Shown in pieces: positions 1 through 10,584 of a stretch of DNA of 64,000 nt. The stretch is from an uncultured virus (IMG/VR IMGVR_UViG_3300032050_000023) (taxonomy: Duplodnaviria; Heunggongvirae; Uroviricota; Caudoviricetes): the IMG/VR virus record IMGVR_UViG_3300032050_000023; one strand, 5' to 3'. Numbering within the stretch: position 1 is the stretch's first letter; every line of letters begins with the position of its first letter. A program made the position numbers and the translations under genes. Under the pieces are notes generated by a model. That model worked only from the letters and a program-made list of their open reading frames with translations. It was not told where the DNA came from and made no database searches.

Positions 1-402
1 TCCTGTTCTAAAATTTAAATTTGTGGATATACACTCAATAGCGGCCGGAAAATAATTTATTATTTTTGATACTGAGGTTGAAATTCTTTTTGATAAAGAC
101 CCGTATAAAGTAAAATTGGTAACCTCAGATAAATCAAAATTAGGATAAACCTGTAAACTTTGTGCAACTAGATTTTTAGACTCTTCAATTGAAGATAAAT
201 CCAAATCGGAAAGACTAATGGGACTTGAAAACGCCCCAATATTAAACCCTCTGTTTTGTTTTTCTGATAATCCTGTTGTAAATTCAAAATTGGCGTTTGT
301 GAGTCCACCACCCGCAACTAATTGTACACCAACTAATTCATCGGCAAATGCACTTGCTCCAGTATCTGTTTGTGGTGGCCATTTATATTTTATTACCGCC
401 AT
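1..402 (-). CDS. Partial hypothetical virion/baseplate-region protein (runs off the left edge; not in ORF track)
   Basis: ATG at 402-400 overlaps the stop of the upstream gene (TAATG). The frame is open to position 1: MAVIKYKWPPQTDTGASAFADELVGVQLVAGGGLTNANFEF...YGSLSKRISTSVSKIINYFPAA. Confidence 0.8.
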   Translation of the reverse strand, partial: MAVIKYKWPPQTDTGASAFADELVGVQLVAGGGLTNANFEFTTGLSEKQNRGFNIGAFSSPISLSDLDLSSIEESKNLVAQSLQVYPNFDLSEVTNFTLYGSLSKRISTSVSKIINYFPAAIECISTNLNFRTG

Positions 403-1310
403 TATTGAGTTATATTTGAAAAGTTTTTACTGAAATCAATATTATCACCTCTATCTTCTCTAACTTCGAATAGAAGTTCGTTGTATTGGTCTCTGATTTC
501 AAATAGGTTATATTGTTTGTAAATATTGTTTTGAGTATCGTAAAGCGTATAGATACCGTCATTAAGTGACTTGGTTTGGTTACCAAACAATGCTATTGCC
601 AATGTTGATATATCATGTTCTACTATTTCAATTTCCATTGTTACAGGATTAAAGAATGTATTTGAAATGATAATATCTTGATCTGGTTGGCCAATAAATG
701 GTGTTGCGTTTGGTTTGTTAGATGGTGATGATGATGGTGAAAGAGTACAAAACATTAAATTAGTTACACCATTAACATATTGATATCTAACAATACTTGT
801 TGTTGTGTTCGTTGAGTTTTGTACAACGGGTTCACAATAAAAAGATGATGTTATAATTCTAAAAAAGTTTGGTATTTTTGCCCCATTTGGTTGAAGGTAC
901 TCAACTCTATATCCGATTAAACCTTGATTTACAAACTTGTCTCTGAATGCAACGGGAACATTATTCAAATCAACAACAATACCCTTTATATTTGGTAGTG
1001 AGGCCAAAATACCACAATCCGTAATTGTAGTTCTGATTTCAGCAGGTCTTATATATAATGTGTATATTCCTAACTGATTAAAGACATTTGCCGGTAATCT
1101 TAAGTTATACAAACCACCCAATATCTCAATGTCAGCGTTACCACCAGTGTTTGTATTATGAAAATAAGGAGTTAAAACCGCAGAAGAGTTTAATTTCGTT
1201 AACTGAAAATCATTTGTCACATCTCTAGATTGAGTGTAATTTAATATAATATCTACGTCAGTTGGGCTAACATCAGCGGGTCTTATCGTTCCATATGTTC
1301 CTGTTGCCAT
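402..1310 (-). CDS. Hypothetical structural protein (302 aa)
   Basis: Long ORF in the structural cluster, preceded by the TATTTATA motif. Confidence 0.75.
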   Translation of the reverse strand: MATGTYGTIRPADVSPTDVDIILNYTQSRDVTNDFQLTKLNSSAVLTPYFHNTNTGGNADIEILGGLYNLRLPANVFNQLGIYTLYIRPAEIRTTITDCGILASLPNIKGIVVDLNNVPVAFRDKFVNQGLIGYRVEYLQPNGAKIPNFFRIITSSFYCEPVVQNSTNTTTSIVRYQYVNGVTNLMFCTLSPSSSPSNKPNATPFIGQPDQDIIISNTFFNPVTMEIEIVEHDISTLAIALFGNQTKSLNDGIYTLYDTQNNIYKQYNLFEIRDQYNELLFEVREDRGDNIDFSKNFSNITQ

Positions 1311-1344
1311 TTTTTTTCTTTTTGTTTTTTATAAATATTTAATT

Positions 1345-2490
1345 TTAAGTTTCTACATTAAAAAATCCGTAACCATACTTAACTAAATCTCCAATGTTAT
1401 CCACTTCACCTAATCTCATAATTGATTCAAGTGCTGAAACTCTTCCTCTTTCGATAAAAATATCAGACCTTATCTCTGGTTCATACGCAACACCTATCAA
1501 CGCTTCTTCTTTTGTTATTGCAGAAAAAACTATATCATCTATTGTCAATCCTGACGATTGAACAAAATACAAAGTAGTTCCTCCACTTAAATCCCAATAG
1601 TCGACACCATTGATTGTATATGCCGAATATGAATTATTTGGTACCGCCCCATAATATGTCCCAACAACCCCTGTTTCTCCTGTAACTTGAACACCTATAG
1701 GATACGGTATCGCCCCATATTGTTCTAAGTCAGCTAAAGCCGAGGTTGTATATCCTGAAACAATGAATGGTATGTTCACGTAACTTGAGGATATATAATC
1801 TATAATATTCGTATTCGAGTCTCCTGTAAATAAAAAATCATAACTTATTGGTATATTATTCCAATTTCCTCCTTGTGGGAAAAATGTAACAGTTCCGTTT
1901 GGATTTAATGGAACAACGTTAACATATGGTACGGTTATTGTTTTTGAAACCGTTGTTATTCCCCAAGGCGTAGTTCCTGTTATTGTAACAGTATAGGTAC
2001 CATTTGTCGCTGGATATGTGTGACTTACCGATGATGGTGAAAAAGTATTAATCGGAACTGATGGTGATCCGTCACCCCAATTAACTTCATATGTTGATTG
2101 TATTACGTTATTTGATGTGTTAAATACATAGAACGTATATGGATTAATTGTATCAGATGAGTATATAAAATTGTTAAGAGTTTCTTTCTGATAAACTAGA
2201 CCATCAAAAACAGAATACCAACCCATATCATAGGTTGTTTGCGTTAACATTATTGGTATTGTTAAACCCGTTAACGTTGATGTACCATTAGTTCCTCCTG
2301 ACAAGAGTTGTGTCATTGAGGAATACACATATGTTGTTCCTGTTTCACAATTTATGTATGTAACACCAGAACCAGGACAACAAGGGTCTTCAATTATTAT
2401 CTCCTCACAGTCACCTGTCCAATTTACAGGAAATATTTTATTCTTAATGTCCTCTAAACCAATTTGTATATAATATCTTTGTTCTTCCAT
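1345..2490 (-). CDS. Structural protein with PKD/Ig-like domain (381 aa)
   Basis: YEVNWGDGS...VSHTY...GTYTVTIT is a PKD-domain signature; many [ST]GxT motifs. Confidence 0.7.
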   Translation of the reverse strand: MEEQRYYIQIGLEDIKNKIFPVNWTGDCEEIIIEDPCCPGSGVTYINCETGTTYVYSSMTQLLSGGTNGTSTLTGLTIPIMLTQTTYDMGWYSVFDGLVYQKETLNNFIYSSDTINPYTFYVFNTSNNVIQSTYEVNWGDGSPSVPINTFSPSSVSHTYPATNGTYTVTITGTTPWGITTVSKTITVPYVNVVPLNPNGTVTFFPQGGNWNNIPISYDFLFTGDSNTNIIDYISSSYVNIPFIVSGYTTSALADLEQYGAIPYPIGVQVTGETGVVGTYYGAVPNNSYSAYTINGVDYWDLSGGTTLYFVQSSGLTIDDIVFSAITKEEALIGVAYEPEIRSDIFIERGRVSALESIMRLGEVDNIGDLVKYGYGFFNVET

Positions 2491-3272
2491 TATGGGTTAA
2501 TATATTCATACCAGTTTATTGGGTTGTTTGTTCCAATTCTATTTCCGTTGTTATCTAAAATTGTATATGTGAAATCGTTATAATCAAAGTTTACTTCATA
2601 GTAAAAATACACAGTAGGGTCGAAATTATAAGGAGTTGGGAGTATTAAATTCTGTGGTGTGTTTGTCATTACCACATACGAACCTGTTTTCCCGTTGAAG
2701 AATTTTGCCTTCATATACAAGGTATCAATATTGATATATTCAGTACTTCTTAACCAATATAAAAAGTACCCTTCTTTATCACCTAAAAAGTCCAACGTGA
2801 ATTGTGGTCTTTTAATTGACACTGTTGGTAATGTTGGTGTTAAAACTTGACCTGATTGAGTCGCCCCTTGTTGTACTGGAATTATTACTGTTAAGTAATT
2901 TTTTTGTGTTGCATCGTCTTTAGTATCATACAAATCCAACTTAAAAAAACTTTTTGTGAATGGTTGTGAAAAATAATATAATTCATTTACAGTAAACCCT
3001 TCTGTCAAATAAGAAGGAGTGTAAATATTCAAAGCTTGTTCAAAAAAATTAAAGTTGTACCTAACATCTGTTCTATCACTATCATCATGTTTTTTGTGTG
3101 AAAATCTTGATATCTCAAAACTATTAATTGTACCAATGACATCTTCGATTGTTTCTTCAACAAATTGGTCGATAGCATCATCATTACCATCAATATCCCA
3201 TTTTATTTCAATAGGTATATTGACGTAATTGTCATTTGGTTTGTTCAATATTCTATAGTTATTCACAATCAT
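2490..3272 (-). CDS. Hypothetical structural protein (260 aa)
   Basis: ORF translationally coupled to both neighbours in the baseplate cluster. Confidence 0.7.
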   Translation of the reverse strand: MIVNNYRILNKPNDNYVNIPIEIKWDIDGNDDAIDQFVEETIEDVIGTINSFEISRFSHKKHDDSDRTDVRYNFNFFEQALNIYTPSYLTEGFTVNELYYFSQPFTKSFFKLDLYDTKDDATQKNYLTVIIPVQQGATQSGQVLTPTLPTVSIKRPQFTLDFLGDKEGYFLYWLRSTEYINIDTLYMKAKFFNGKTGSYVVMTNTPQNLILPTPYNFDPTVYFYYEVNFDYNDFTYTILDNNGNRIGTNNPINWYEYINP

Positions 3273-5010
3273 CTATCGAAGGGTCTTGTATTGTATTAAA
3301 GTTATTCATATTATTTCCTAAACTAATATTATTACCGTCACTAAACAATCTGAAAATTATTTGATTATATGGGTAATGGGCGCCATTTAAAAACGGGTAA
3401 TCAACACCATAACCTTCACTATCTATGTATCCATAAGGGTAAATATCTCTCCATCTAAAAGTCTGACTTATTATAGAATAATATGAGTAGTCGGGAACTA
3501 TGTTCAAATTTTGGTAACCTTCCTCATTTATTGATGTAGAAAAGACTTTTATGGTAATTGGGTGATGGGGTTTATAATAATATCCCAATTGATTTTGATA
3601 GGATAATAAATCAGGTGAAGAAAAGTAGTTAGGATTAAATGTGAATTTATGATACGAATCAGAAATAACCCTTTCTATTTGTTCATAACCATTGTATTCA
3701 CAAAAATCACCATTTAAAACATCACCAATATTTAAAGTGTCAACATAATAAAAATCATTAGTATTTGTGTTATATGTTGAAATCGGTAAATTAGTATCTG
3801 AGTTTGAGTTTGTTGTTGCCCACCATGTACTTGGTGTGGTACCCTCTAATGGTAAATTAAATTCGTACCCTTCTTTAAGTTGTGAGTTTGGACCTAATGT
3901 CCAACCAAAATACCCTCTCCATATTATTGAAACAAACAATTCTGAAACTGGTCTATACCAATTGTCTCTTAATCCGGCAATATCAATGTCCCTATTAAAA
4001 ACAAGATTATAAGAATCATTACCTTCTTTGACTGAAATTCTATTTACACCGTTTGGTGTTAAAACTGCCTTTTCATATTGAGTTACTTTCCTAAATATGT
4101 TTTTTTCAAAACCAGCATTAACTAATACTGTGTCATCTAATAAAGTTAATATTTTGTGTTTTCTTACGTAATATCTAGATTCTGTATCCAAAGGATTCGT
4201 TTGATTTACAACCCTTTTAAATGTTCCTATTGTTCCAACATCAAATGTTGGTGGTAGATATCCAATATTTTGTATGTTGAATATATATTCATTTGTACCA
4301 AAATTTTCATTCCCTAACGATGAAACTTGGAACAAATCAGTTCCATTATAATCAAAACTAAGTTTAACTGATTCTCCTATATTTAACCCGTGTTTCATTG
4401 GGCATCTAAAAGAAATAACATTATCCCCATATAACGAATTTGTTTCTATTATAAAAGGAATTCCTTCTGATGCCATCCATGTCCAATTATTAGTAGTCTG
4501 TCCATCATCGGCATACAATTCTCTATCAGTATTTTCATAAGGATATGTTATGTAATATTGCCAATTATATGTTGTTGCACTTTTGTTTACAAAATTTACT
4601 TGTGAGTTAACACCAGTAGTGTATCCATTAACATTATTATCAGTTCGTATAAAATCAAACTCACTAAACTGTGGACATCCTTCCCATGGCGAAGAGGGGT
4701 TTGATGCCGATGAAACAGCATTTGCAATAGAGTCAGTATAAAATAAGTTGTTTTTATATGGATTATAAGTTACATCTCCTTTGTATGCGTTTTCAAAAAG
4801 AAAAACTATTTTACTTGTTGGTCTAAAAATTGTTGATTCATTTCTTTCTTTTTGAAACAATTCAGCTAAATTGATTTGCTCTGTTCTATCAAACTCAACT
4901 TGTTGCTTGAAGGTTTGATTTAGTGGTACTCTGATTGCCTCGTCAACGTTACTTGATACCTTGTTCTTTTTAGAACCTAAAATAATTTTTATGTTTTCAT
5001 TGTTACCCAT
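3259..5010 (-). CDS. Hypothetical structural/baseplate protein (583 aa)
   Basis: Long ORF overlapping both neighbours in the baseplate operon. Confidence 0.7.
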   Translation of the reverse strand: MGNNENIKIILGSKKNKVSSNVDEAIRVPLNQTFKQQVEFDRTEQINLAELFQKERNESTIFRPTSKIVFLFENAYKGDVTYNPYKNNLFYTDSIANAVSSASNPSSPWEGCPQFSEFDFIRTDNNVNGYTTGVNSQVNFVNKSATTYNWQYYITYPYENTDRELYADDGQTTNNWTWMASEGIPFIIETNSLYGDNVISFRCPMKHGLNIGESVKLSFDYNGTDLFQVSSLGNENFGTNEYIFNIQNIGYLPPTFDVGTIGTFKRVVNQTNPLDTESRYYVRKHKILTLLDDTVLVNAGFEKNIFRKVTQYEKAVLTPNGVNRISVKEGNDSYNLVFNRDIDIAGLRDNWYRPVSELFVSIIWRGYFGWTLGPNSQLKEGYEFNLPLEGTTPSTWWATTNSNSDTNLPISTYNTNTNDFYYVDTLNIGDVLNGDFCEYNGYEQIERVISDSYHKFTFNPNYFSSPDLLSYQNQLGYYYKPHHPITIKVFSTSINEEGYQNLNIVPDYSYYSIISQTFRWRDIYPYGYIDSEGYGVDYPFLNGAHYPYNQIIFRLFSDGNNISLGNNMNNFNTIQDPSIDDCE

Positions 5011-8000
5011 TTGTTTGTGAGTTGTTTACATAAAGTTTTATAAACCTGTCAAGTGCGGTAAAACCATTATTCAACCCAAAATAAAAGTGGAATGGTGCTC
5101 CCATAAGTATTGGGTCTTGACCTGGTGAATTAGGTGCTCCATAAACTACGTTTGTAATTGATGGGTCAGGAGATGGAGTAAAATTAGTTATATGCCAATC
5201 TTGTGTTGTAGTTGTTTTGAAATAATCTGATGTTTGTGGGTCTAAATCTTGATATCTTGATTTATAAAAACCGTTGTTTGTTGTTAAAATCTGTGTATAC
5301 CAATTGTTATTTTCTGTTCCGAAAATATTTTGAGTTGGTGTTGTTATTTGCCATTTATAAAAAGGCACTTCTTGAGTTGATGGATAACCAAAATTATAAC
5401 CAACAAAAGGAGTTAAATTATATGTTTGAACTCCAGGTGAATATCTTTTTCTAGTGACTGTTTGTTCTGAATCTGATTGGTAAAAAACACCGAAAACAGG
5501 TCTAGCAGGTGACTGTGTATCTTCACCAACAAAAAGATAGTTATTTGGGTAATTCTCATTTAAATATGGTTTAACTTTAAACTCACTGTTTGCAGAAAAG
5601 GCTTGTGCGAAATCACCGTCAATTCTATCACCACCTCTATTACTATTAAAGAACTGTATAACTCCAATTCCTTCACCTTCATTACTGTTTGTGGCGATAG
5701 GTAACATTTGTTGTACTATAGTTTGGTTAATTAACCTTGAAATAATTCCCATTTGAAGTATATCTGAGTCATCATTATATGATGTTGACTTCATTTGATT
5801 AACAAAATAACCCTCAAGGTTTTCATTACCACAAACTTGATTTATAAAACCATCTCGTGGTCCTAAATCAACTATTGTTGTTGGTGATTGTAATTGTTTG
5901 TCATTATATCCAGGATTACTAACAACCAATGATGCTAAATTGTTAGGAGGTGTAGGTGATGGTTTACCAATAAATTGATTAATAAATCTATCATAAGGTG
6001 ACGATCTATAATAAAAACTATTTTGTGTGTCATCAAACACAATTGTATCTCTACAATAATTATAAGTGGGGTCTGTTACTGAGTTTGATGCGTATGTTGC
6101 GGTTTTATTAAACGACGGCATATATAAGAAACCGTTAATCCAATTGTTTTGGAATACTCTAGCAAACACTCCTCGACAAGCGGCCAACATCAAAAGATAT
6201 CTAACTTTCCATTCTAAAAATAATAAAACATCTTCTTTATATTCTGTAATATATTTTTTATTCAATAGACAATAACAACCTTTTACTACTCTATCATCAG
6301 GTACGTCACAATTAGTACTGACACCAAAGTTAGTCCCTGATCCAGTATAACATTTTAATGATGTTAATCCTTCACAAGTAAGAGTGGATGTAAGACCTGT
6401 AATTAATCCTGATGAGTCAGCATAATTACCTGTCGGTGGTGTACCAGGCGATGATAATGTTGGTGTACTTCCGGCACTTCCTGGTTTGAAGTAATAGAAA
6501 TTATTGTTTTGATGTAATCCATAACCCGTTTCAGAACCTACACCATCTTCCGTTCTTGTTGATGTTGGTAATCTATCACTTCTCATAACAAGTTTTGTTT
6601 CGTCAGAAAAGTTTACGGTACTTGCAAGATATCTATAATACGCTCTTGAATATAACGCATTGTAACCACTTGGTGGATCCCCATACTCGTCGTTTGTACT
6701 AACACTATCTAAATAACAATAATATGTTGGTTGATTTGAAGGACCGTCTTGTGGAGTACCTGTACATCCAACCCCTGAACTTGTTGGTGAACCCGCACCA
6801 ATGAATGTTCCTCCAACAAAATAATCTTGTACGTATTTAGGTATTACTTGATTGAAAGGGGAGTTTGTTAGAAGGTTATACGGTGCGGATGATTGGGATG
6901 ATACAGGAATAAACACTGGTGATGTTGATGGTGTATATGACCCTGAATTATCATCAGTAGATAAATAATAATAAGGTAATGTCGAAGTAAATGCCGTAAA
7001 TTGTCCAGGTGTCAAATCAAAAGTTAATGATGGAAAATATAAATTTGTTGTAGTATTATCCAAAGTATCATGAGATAATGGTTTAACATTATTAGTTGAG
7101 AGAGGTTGAATCGGATAGTTGAAGTAATATTCTCCTGTCACTATTGGACCTGTACCATAAGATGTCTCACCAAAAATATATGATAAGTCATATTCAATTT
7201 CTTGTTTAGGAGTGAAAGGGTCAACACCTCTAGTTAATATAATTACTTCAAGTGAATTTCTGTTTGAGGCTTCAACATTGTCAATTGCCGGTCCTAAATT
7301 TTGAAAAAGTGGGTCAGTATTTGTATATGGAAAACATTGGTTCTCATACACGAATTGAATTTCATGAAGTAAATATGTTAATGGATAATAACCTACATTG
7401 GTTATGTTAGCTAAGTTATAGAATGAACTATATGTCATACCTGTTATGACTTGGAAGTACTCTATATCTGTTGGGTATTGTAAATAATTGTCTGTATCTC
7501 CAGTATTCAATAAGTAGACATTTGCGGTAATTCCGACAGAACCATTAGAGGAAGGGTTGGCATAATCAACAGTTCTTGATATTGGTGCAGATACGTTACC
7601 AAAAGCAGTAACCCCTGTAATTGCGTTATTATTGAATTGGTTTTCAGTCGCTCCTGTTATATTGACAGAACAATTTGATGAATTTGGGTCTTGGAAGGTA
7701 ACCAATTCTCCTGTCCCCAATTGTAAGGTTGTTCCCGCTTTAGCCAATAATACTATAACTTGGTCTTCTATTGGGTCACTTGGTGTTGAGGTTAACGACG
7801 GGTTCAAAACTGTTTTTATTTTATTGACACCTGTGCCAGGTGCGGAACCTACTGAATCATAAAAATATTTATCTCTCGTATTAAATTCATTTAGTTTTTG
7901 GGGATAAGTTTCTCTTGTTGGGTAAGCAAACCATCTTTCATCACCACCGCTTGTTAATTCAGCGGCGAATAAGAAAGGTTGTGGAGCGTGAAGTTTATAT

Positions 8001-10510
8001 TTTTCTGAAGGTTCTATAACATCATAACCCGAAAACATTCTTTGGAAATCTAATAAAGCCCTTTCTAAAACATTAGGGGTAATTTCTTCATTAAAAACTC
8101 TATTCAAAAGAGATCTATACCTACTAGATCCTCCACAATAAAATTTACCTCCTGCGTTGTCATCTATGTCGGTATTGTCATCGATTTGAGCATAATTTGA
8201 GTGTTCAGATAGAGAATAAAATTGTGGTTGATTAACTGGTGCTAAAAATGTATTGTCGGTTGATGTCTGTGCTGGACTTCCAGCATCAGCTTGTTGTTGA
8301 TTATAACCATCATTAAGTTGTTGTGTTACAGAACCAATATCAAAATCATCGTCAACCTCAACATCACCACAATCACATGAACATGAATTACATTCGGGAT
8401 ATGCAAGCATAGGAAGTCCTATCCTCCTAAATCCTTTTAGTCTTACTATGTAAACTATTACAAACGCAAAGAATAGTATGTATAACGCAAGTTTGAATAA
8501 AGCTTGTAATATTTGCCACGCCGCCCTTAGAACCGCACCTATGTTTATTACAGGACCTCCTGGTATTGCCGTTGCGGCACTTTCAATTGCGGAATTAATC
8601 GCATCAATAGTTTCTCTTACTTGTATGTAGAGAAAATATATACATAATATAATAAGAACCCACTTTAAGACAGGCCATGCCCATGCAACAAAGTGTGCAA
8701 CAAATAACAATATAAGAATTGGGAATGTTAAAATGTTTAATAACAACATCGCCAAGAAATAAATAAAATCAAATTTCTGAACCGCATCATTTACAGGAAA
8801 TGGATTGTTTTTTGATATACATTCCCTGTCATCTATTTCTTTAATACCTAAATGTCTTGACCTCAAAATACCATTTTTGTATCTATCCAAGAACATTGCT
8901 GTAGTATATACTTTGTTATAATTAAATTCATAGAATCTATCTTCACAGTCAATTGCTTCTTGAACCATTGCAGAATCACCGTAATCATCCCAATCTAAAC
9001 TAAATGCATATGAACGATACGCATCGTAACTTGCTTGGTCATAAAATGAAAACTCAAAAATTTGATTTTGTGATGTGTCTACCGCAGTACAGTTTACAAC
9101 AATGTTAGCACCAGGTGATGTGATTGGGATAGACGTTAAACTACCTGTATATGGTACACCATTAATTGTAATGGAAACGTCTTGACTGTTTGTAAAATTT
9201 TGTAATATTAACCCTCCTGTTTGTAGTGGTAAAACTAATGGGGGGGACGAAGAAGTTGATGTACCAGGAACGTTTACAGTAAAATCGGTTGGGGGGTTTA
9301 ACGTTGGGTCAGCATTAGGTGTTGTTATTGCCCATCCGTATTCTTTAATATTAGGTACTAAAAAATTAGCCCTTAGAATTTCATTCTCAATACCACCGTC
9401 ATTTTGCCAACTTACCTTAAACCTATATTTTCCTTTTGTTGGTATACCGACATTTGGGTCTATTGATAATATTTGGTTACCAAACTCATCTGTTGTCACA
9501 TAATCTAAATTCATTGGGACTTTAACCAAAAAAGTACCATCTCCATCTATAACTTTACCACCTTGTTCGAAAAAATACTCTTCTAATATTGGATTTCCAT
9601 TATCATCAATATTTATAGTTTGTCTTATTGCAGAAATTCTTCCTTGCCCTGCTTTCAAACTACAAAAGTTACCAGCTTTAAAAGGAACTCTACAATTAGT
9701 CTTTAACGCTTCCTCATCTTGTGTGGTTGCAATAGACCCCATGAATACTCCTGTAGGTTTTATTGTTAAATTAACTTCTGTCGATAAATCAAAGTCTGTT
9801 CTTGTAATACCAATAAAACAAATATCAGGGTCACCCCATAATGGTTCTACATTTACTTGTTTATATAAAGTTAATATTTGAGGTAACTCGTTTAAGTTAC
9901 TTGAGGATTTAAATTGAGATCCGTTTACTTGACTTTCTACCGCTAAACCAGCGTCAATCAAATCTTGTGGTGATAATGAAAAACAACCAATATCAGATAA
10001 ATCGAGATTCATTACCAAAGTTTGCTGTCCTGTTGGGACACCAAAAATCATAAAGTCACCACTATCGTTTGTTGATACAGTGTACTTATAATACTTGTCA
10101 TAAACTTCTATTATAGATTTTTCAAGTAATACTTCATCTCTATCGAAGAATGTCCCTGTAGGAACGTGTCCTACGTATTGTGGAGACTTAGGTAATAAAT
10201 TATATTTATACCCATCTTCATTTTTATCTGTTGGTGTTTTATATGGGTATAGTTCTGATATTATTGGGTTATTTGAGTCTTCATTTGTTAATGGAATGAA
10301 TACAGACAATTTTGCATTTGGTAAACCAAATCCACCGTTAACTGAAATTCTTCCAGCTATGACACCATAATCAGAACATCTTCTTTGATATATTTCAGTT
10401 TGTGTTAACTTTAGTGAAAGAATCTCAATGAAATCGAAGTCTTGGTCAAATTGAAGATTAACTTGTTTATCAACTCCTATGTTGGTTCTGATTCTATATG
10501 AATGTGGCAT
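5003..10510 (-). CDS. Large baseplate-region protein (1835 aa) with internal hydrophobic transmembrane-like segments
   Basis: Directly downstream of the baseplate wedge gene. N-terminal beta-sandwich-like region; hydrophobic runs FIYFLAMLLLNILTFPILILLFVAHFVAWAW and LFKLALYILFFAFVIVYIV; Cys cluster ECNSCSCDC. Confidence 0.7.
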   Translation of the reverse strand: MPHSYRIRTNIGVDKQVNLQFDQDFDFIEILSLKLTQTEIYQRRCSDYGVIAGRISVNGGFGLPNAKLSVFIPLTNEDSNNPIISELYPYKTPTDKNEDGYKYNLLPKSPQYVGHVPTGTFFDRDEVLLEKSIIEVYDKYYKYTVSTNDSGDFMIFGVPTGQQTLVMNLDLSDIGCFSLSPQDLIDAGLAVESQVNGSQFKSSSNLNELPQILTLYKQVNVEPLWGDPDICFIGITRTDFDLSTEVNLTIKPTGVFMGSIATTQDEEALKTNCRVPFKAGNFCSLKAGQGRISAIRQTINIDDNGNPILEEYFFEQGGKVIDGDGTFLVKVPMNLDYVTTDEFGNQILSIDPNVGIPTKGKYRFKVSWQNDGGIENEILRANFLVPNIKEYGWAITTPNADPTLNPPTDFTVNVPGTSTSSSPPLVLPLQTGGLILQNFTNSQDVSITINGVPYTGSLTSIPITSPGANIVVNCTAVDTSQNQIFEFSFYDQASYDAYRSYAFSLDWDDYGDSAMVQEAIDCEDRFYEFNYNKVYTTAMFLDRYKNGILRSRHLGIKEIDDRECISKNNPFPVNDAVQKFDFIYFLAMLLLNILTFPILILLFVAHFVAWAWPVLKWVLIILCIYFLYIQVRETIDAINSAIESAATAIPGGPVINIGAVLRAAWQILQALFKLALYILFFAFVIVYIVRLKGFRRIGLPMLAYPECNSCSCDCGDVEVDDDFDIGSVTQQLNDGYNQQQADAGSPAQTSTDNTFLAPVNQPQFYSLSEHSNYAQIDDNTDIDDNAGGKFYCGGSSRYRSLLNRVFNEEITPNVLERALLDFQRMFSGYDVIEPSEKYKLHAPQPFLFAAELTSGGDERWFAYPTRETYPQKLNEFNTRDKYFYDSVGSAPGTGVNKIKTVLNPSLTSTPSDPIEDQVIVLLAKAGTTLQLGTGELVTFQDPNSSNCSVNITGATENQFNNNAITGVTAFGNVSAPISRTVDYANPSSNGSVGITANVYLLNTGDTDNYLQYPTDIEYFQVITGMTYSSFYNLANITNVGYYPLTYLLHEIQFVYENQCFPYTNTDPLFQNLGPAIDNVEASNRNSLEVIILTRGVDPFTPKQEIEYDLSYIFGETSYGTGPIVTGEYYFNYPIQPLSTNNVKPLSHDTLDNTTTNLYFPSLTFDLTPGQFTAFTSTLPYYYLSTDDNSGSYTPSTSPVFIPVSSQSSAPYNLLTNSPFNQVIPKYVQDYFVGGTFIGAGSPTSSGVGCTGTPQDGPSNQPTYYCYLDSVSTNDEYGDPPSGYNALYSRAYYRYLASTVNFSDETKLVMRSDRLPTSTRTEDGVGSETGYGLHQNNNFYYFKPGSAGSTPTLSSPGTPPTGNYADSSGLITGLTSTLTCEGLTSLKCYTGSGTNFGVSTNCDVPDDRVVKGCYCLLNKKYITEYKEDVLLFLEWKVRYLLMLAACRGVFARVFQNNWINGFLYMPSFNKTATYASNSVTDPTYNYCRDTIVFDDTQNSFYYRSSPYDRFINQFIGKPSPTPPNNLASLVVSNPGYNDKQLQSPTTIVDLGPRDGFINQVCGNENLEGYFVNQMKSTSYNDDSDILQMGIISRLINQTIVQQMLPIATNSNEGEGIGVIQFFNSNRGGDRIDGDFAQAFSANSEFKVKPYLNENYPNNYLFVGEDTQSPARPVFGVFYQSDSEQTVTRKRYSPGVQTYNLTPFVGYNFGYPSTQEVPFYKWQITTPTQNIFGTENNNWYTQILTTNNGFYKSRYQDLDPQTSDYFKTTTTQDWHITNFTPSPDPSITNVVYGAPNSPGQDPILMGAPFHFYFGLNNGFTALDRFIKLYVNNSQTNG

Positions 10511-10584
10511 TAAATTATCTTTTTTTGATAAATAGTTTATTTCCTATTTTCAAAAAATAATCACAATACTTGAAAAGGAAATTA

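Noticed and set aside
218..433. 71-aa plus-strand ORF
   Set aside because: Antisense to the better-supported minus-strand CDS starting at 402, which is coupled to the upstream gene.
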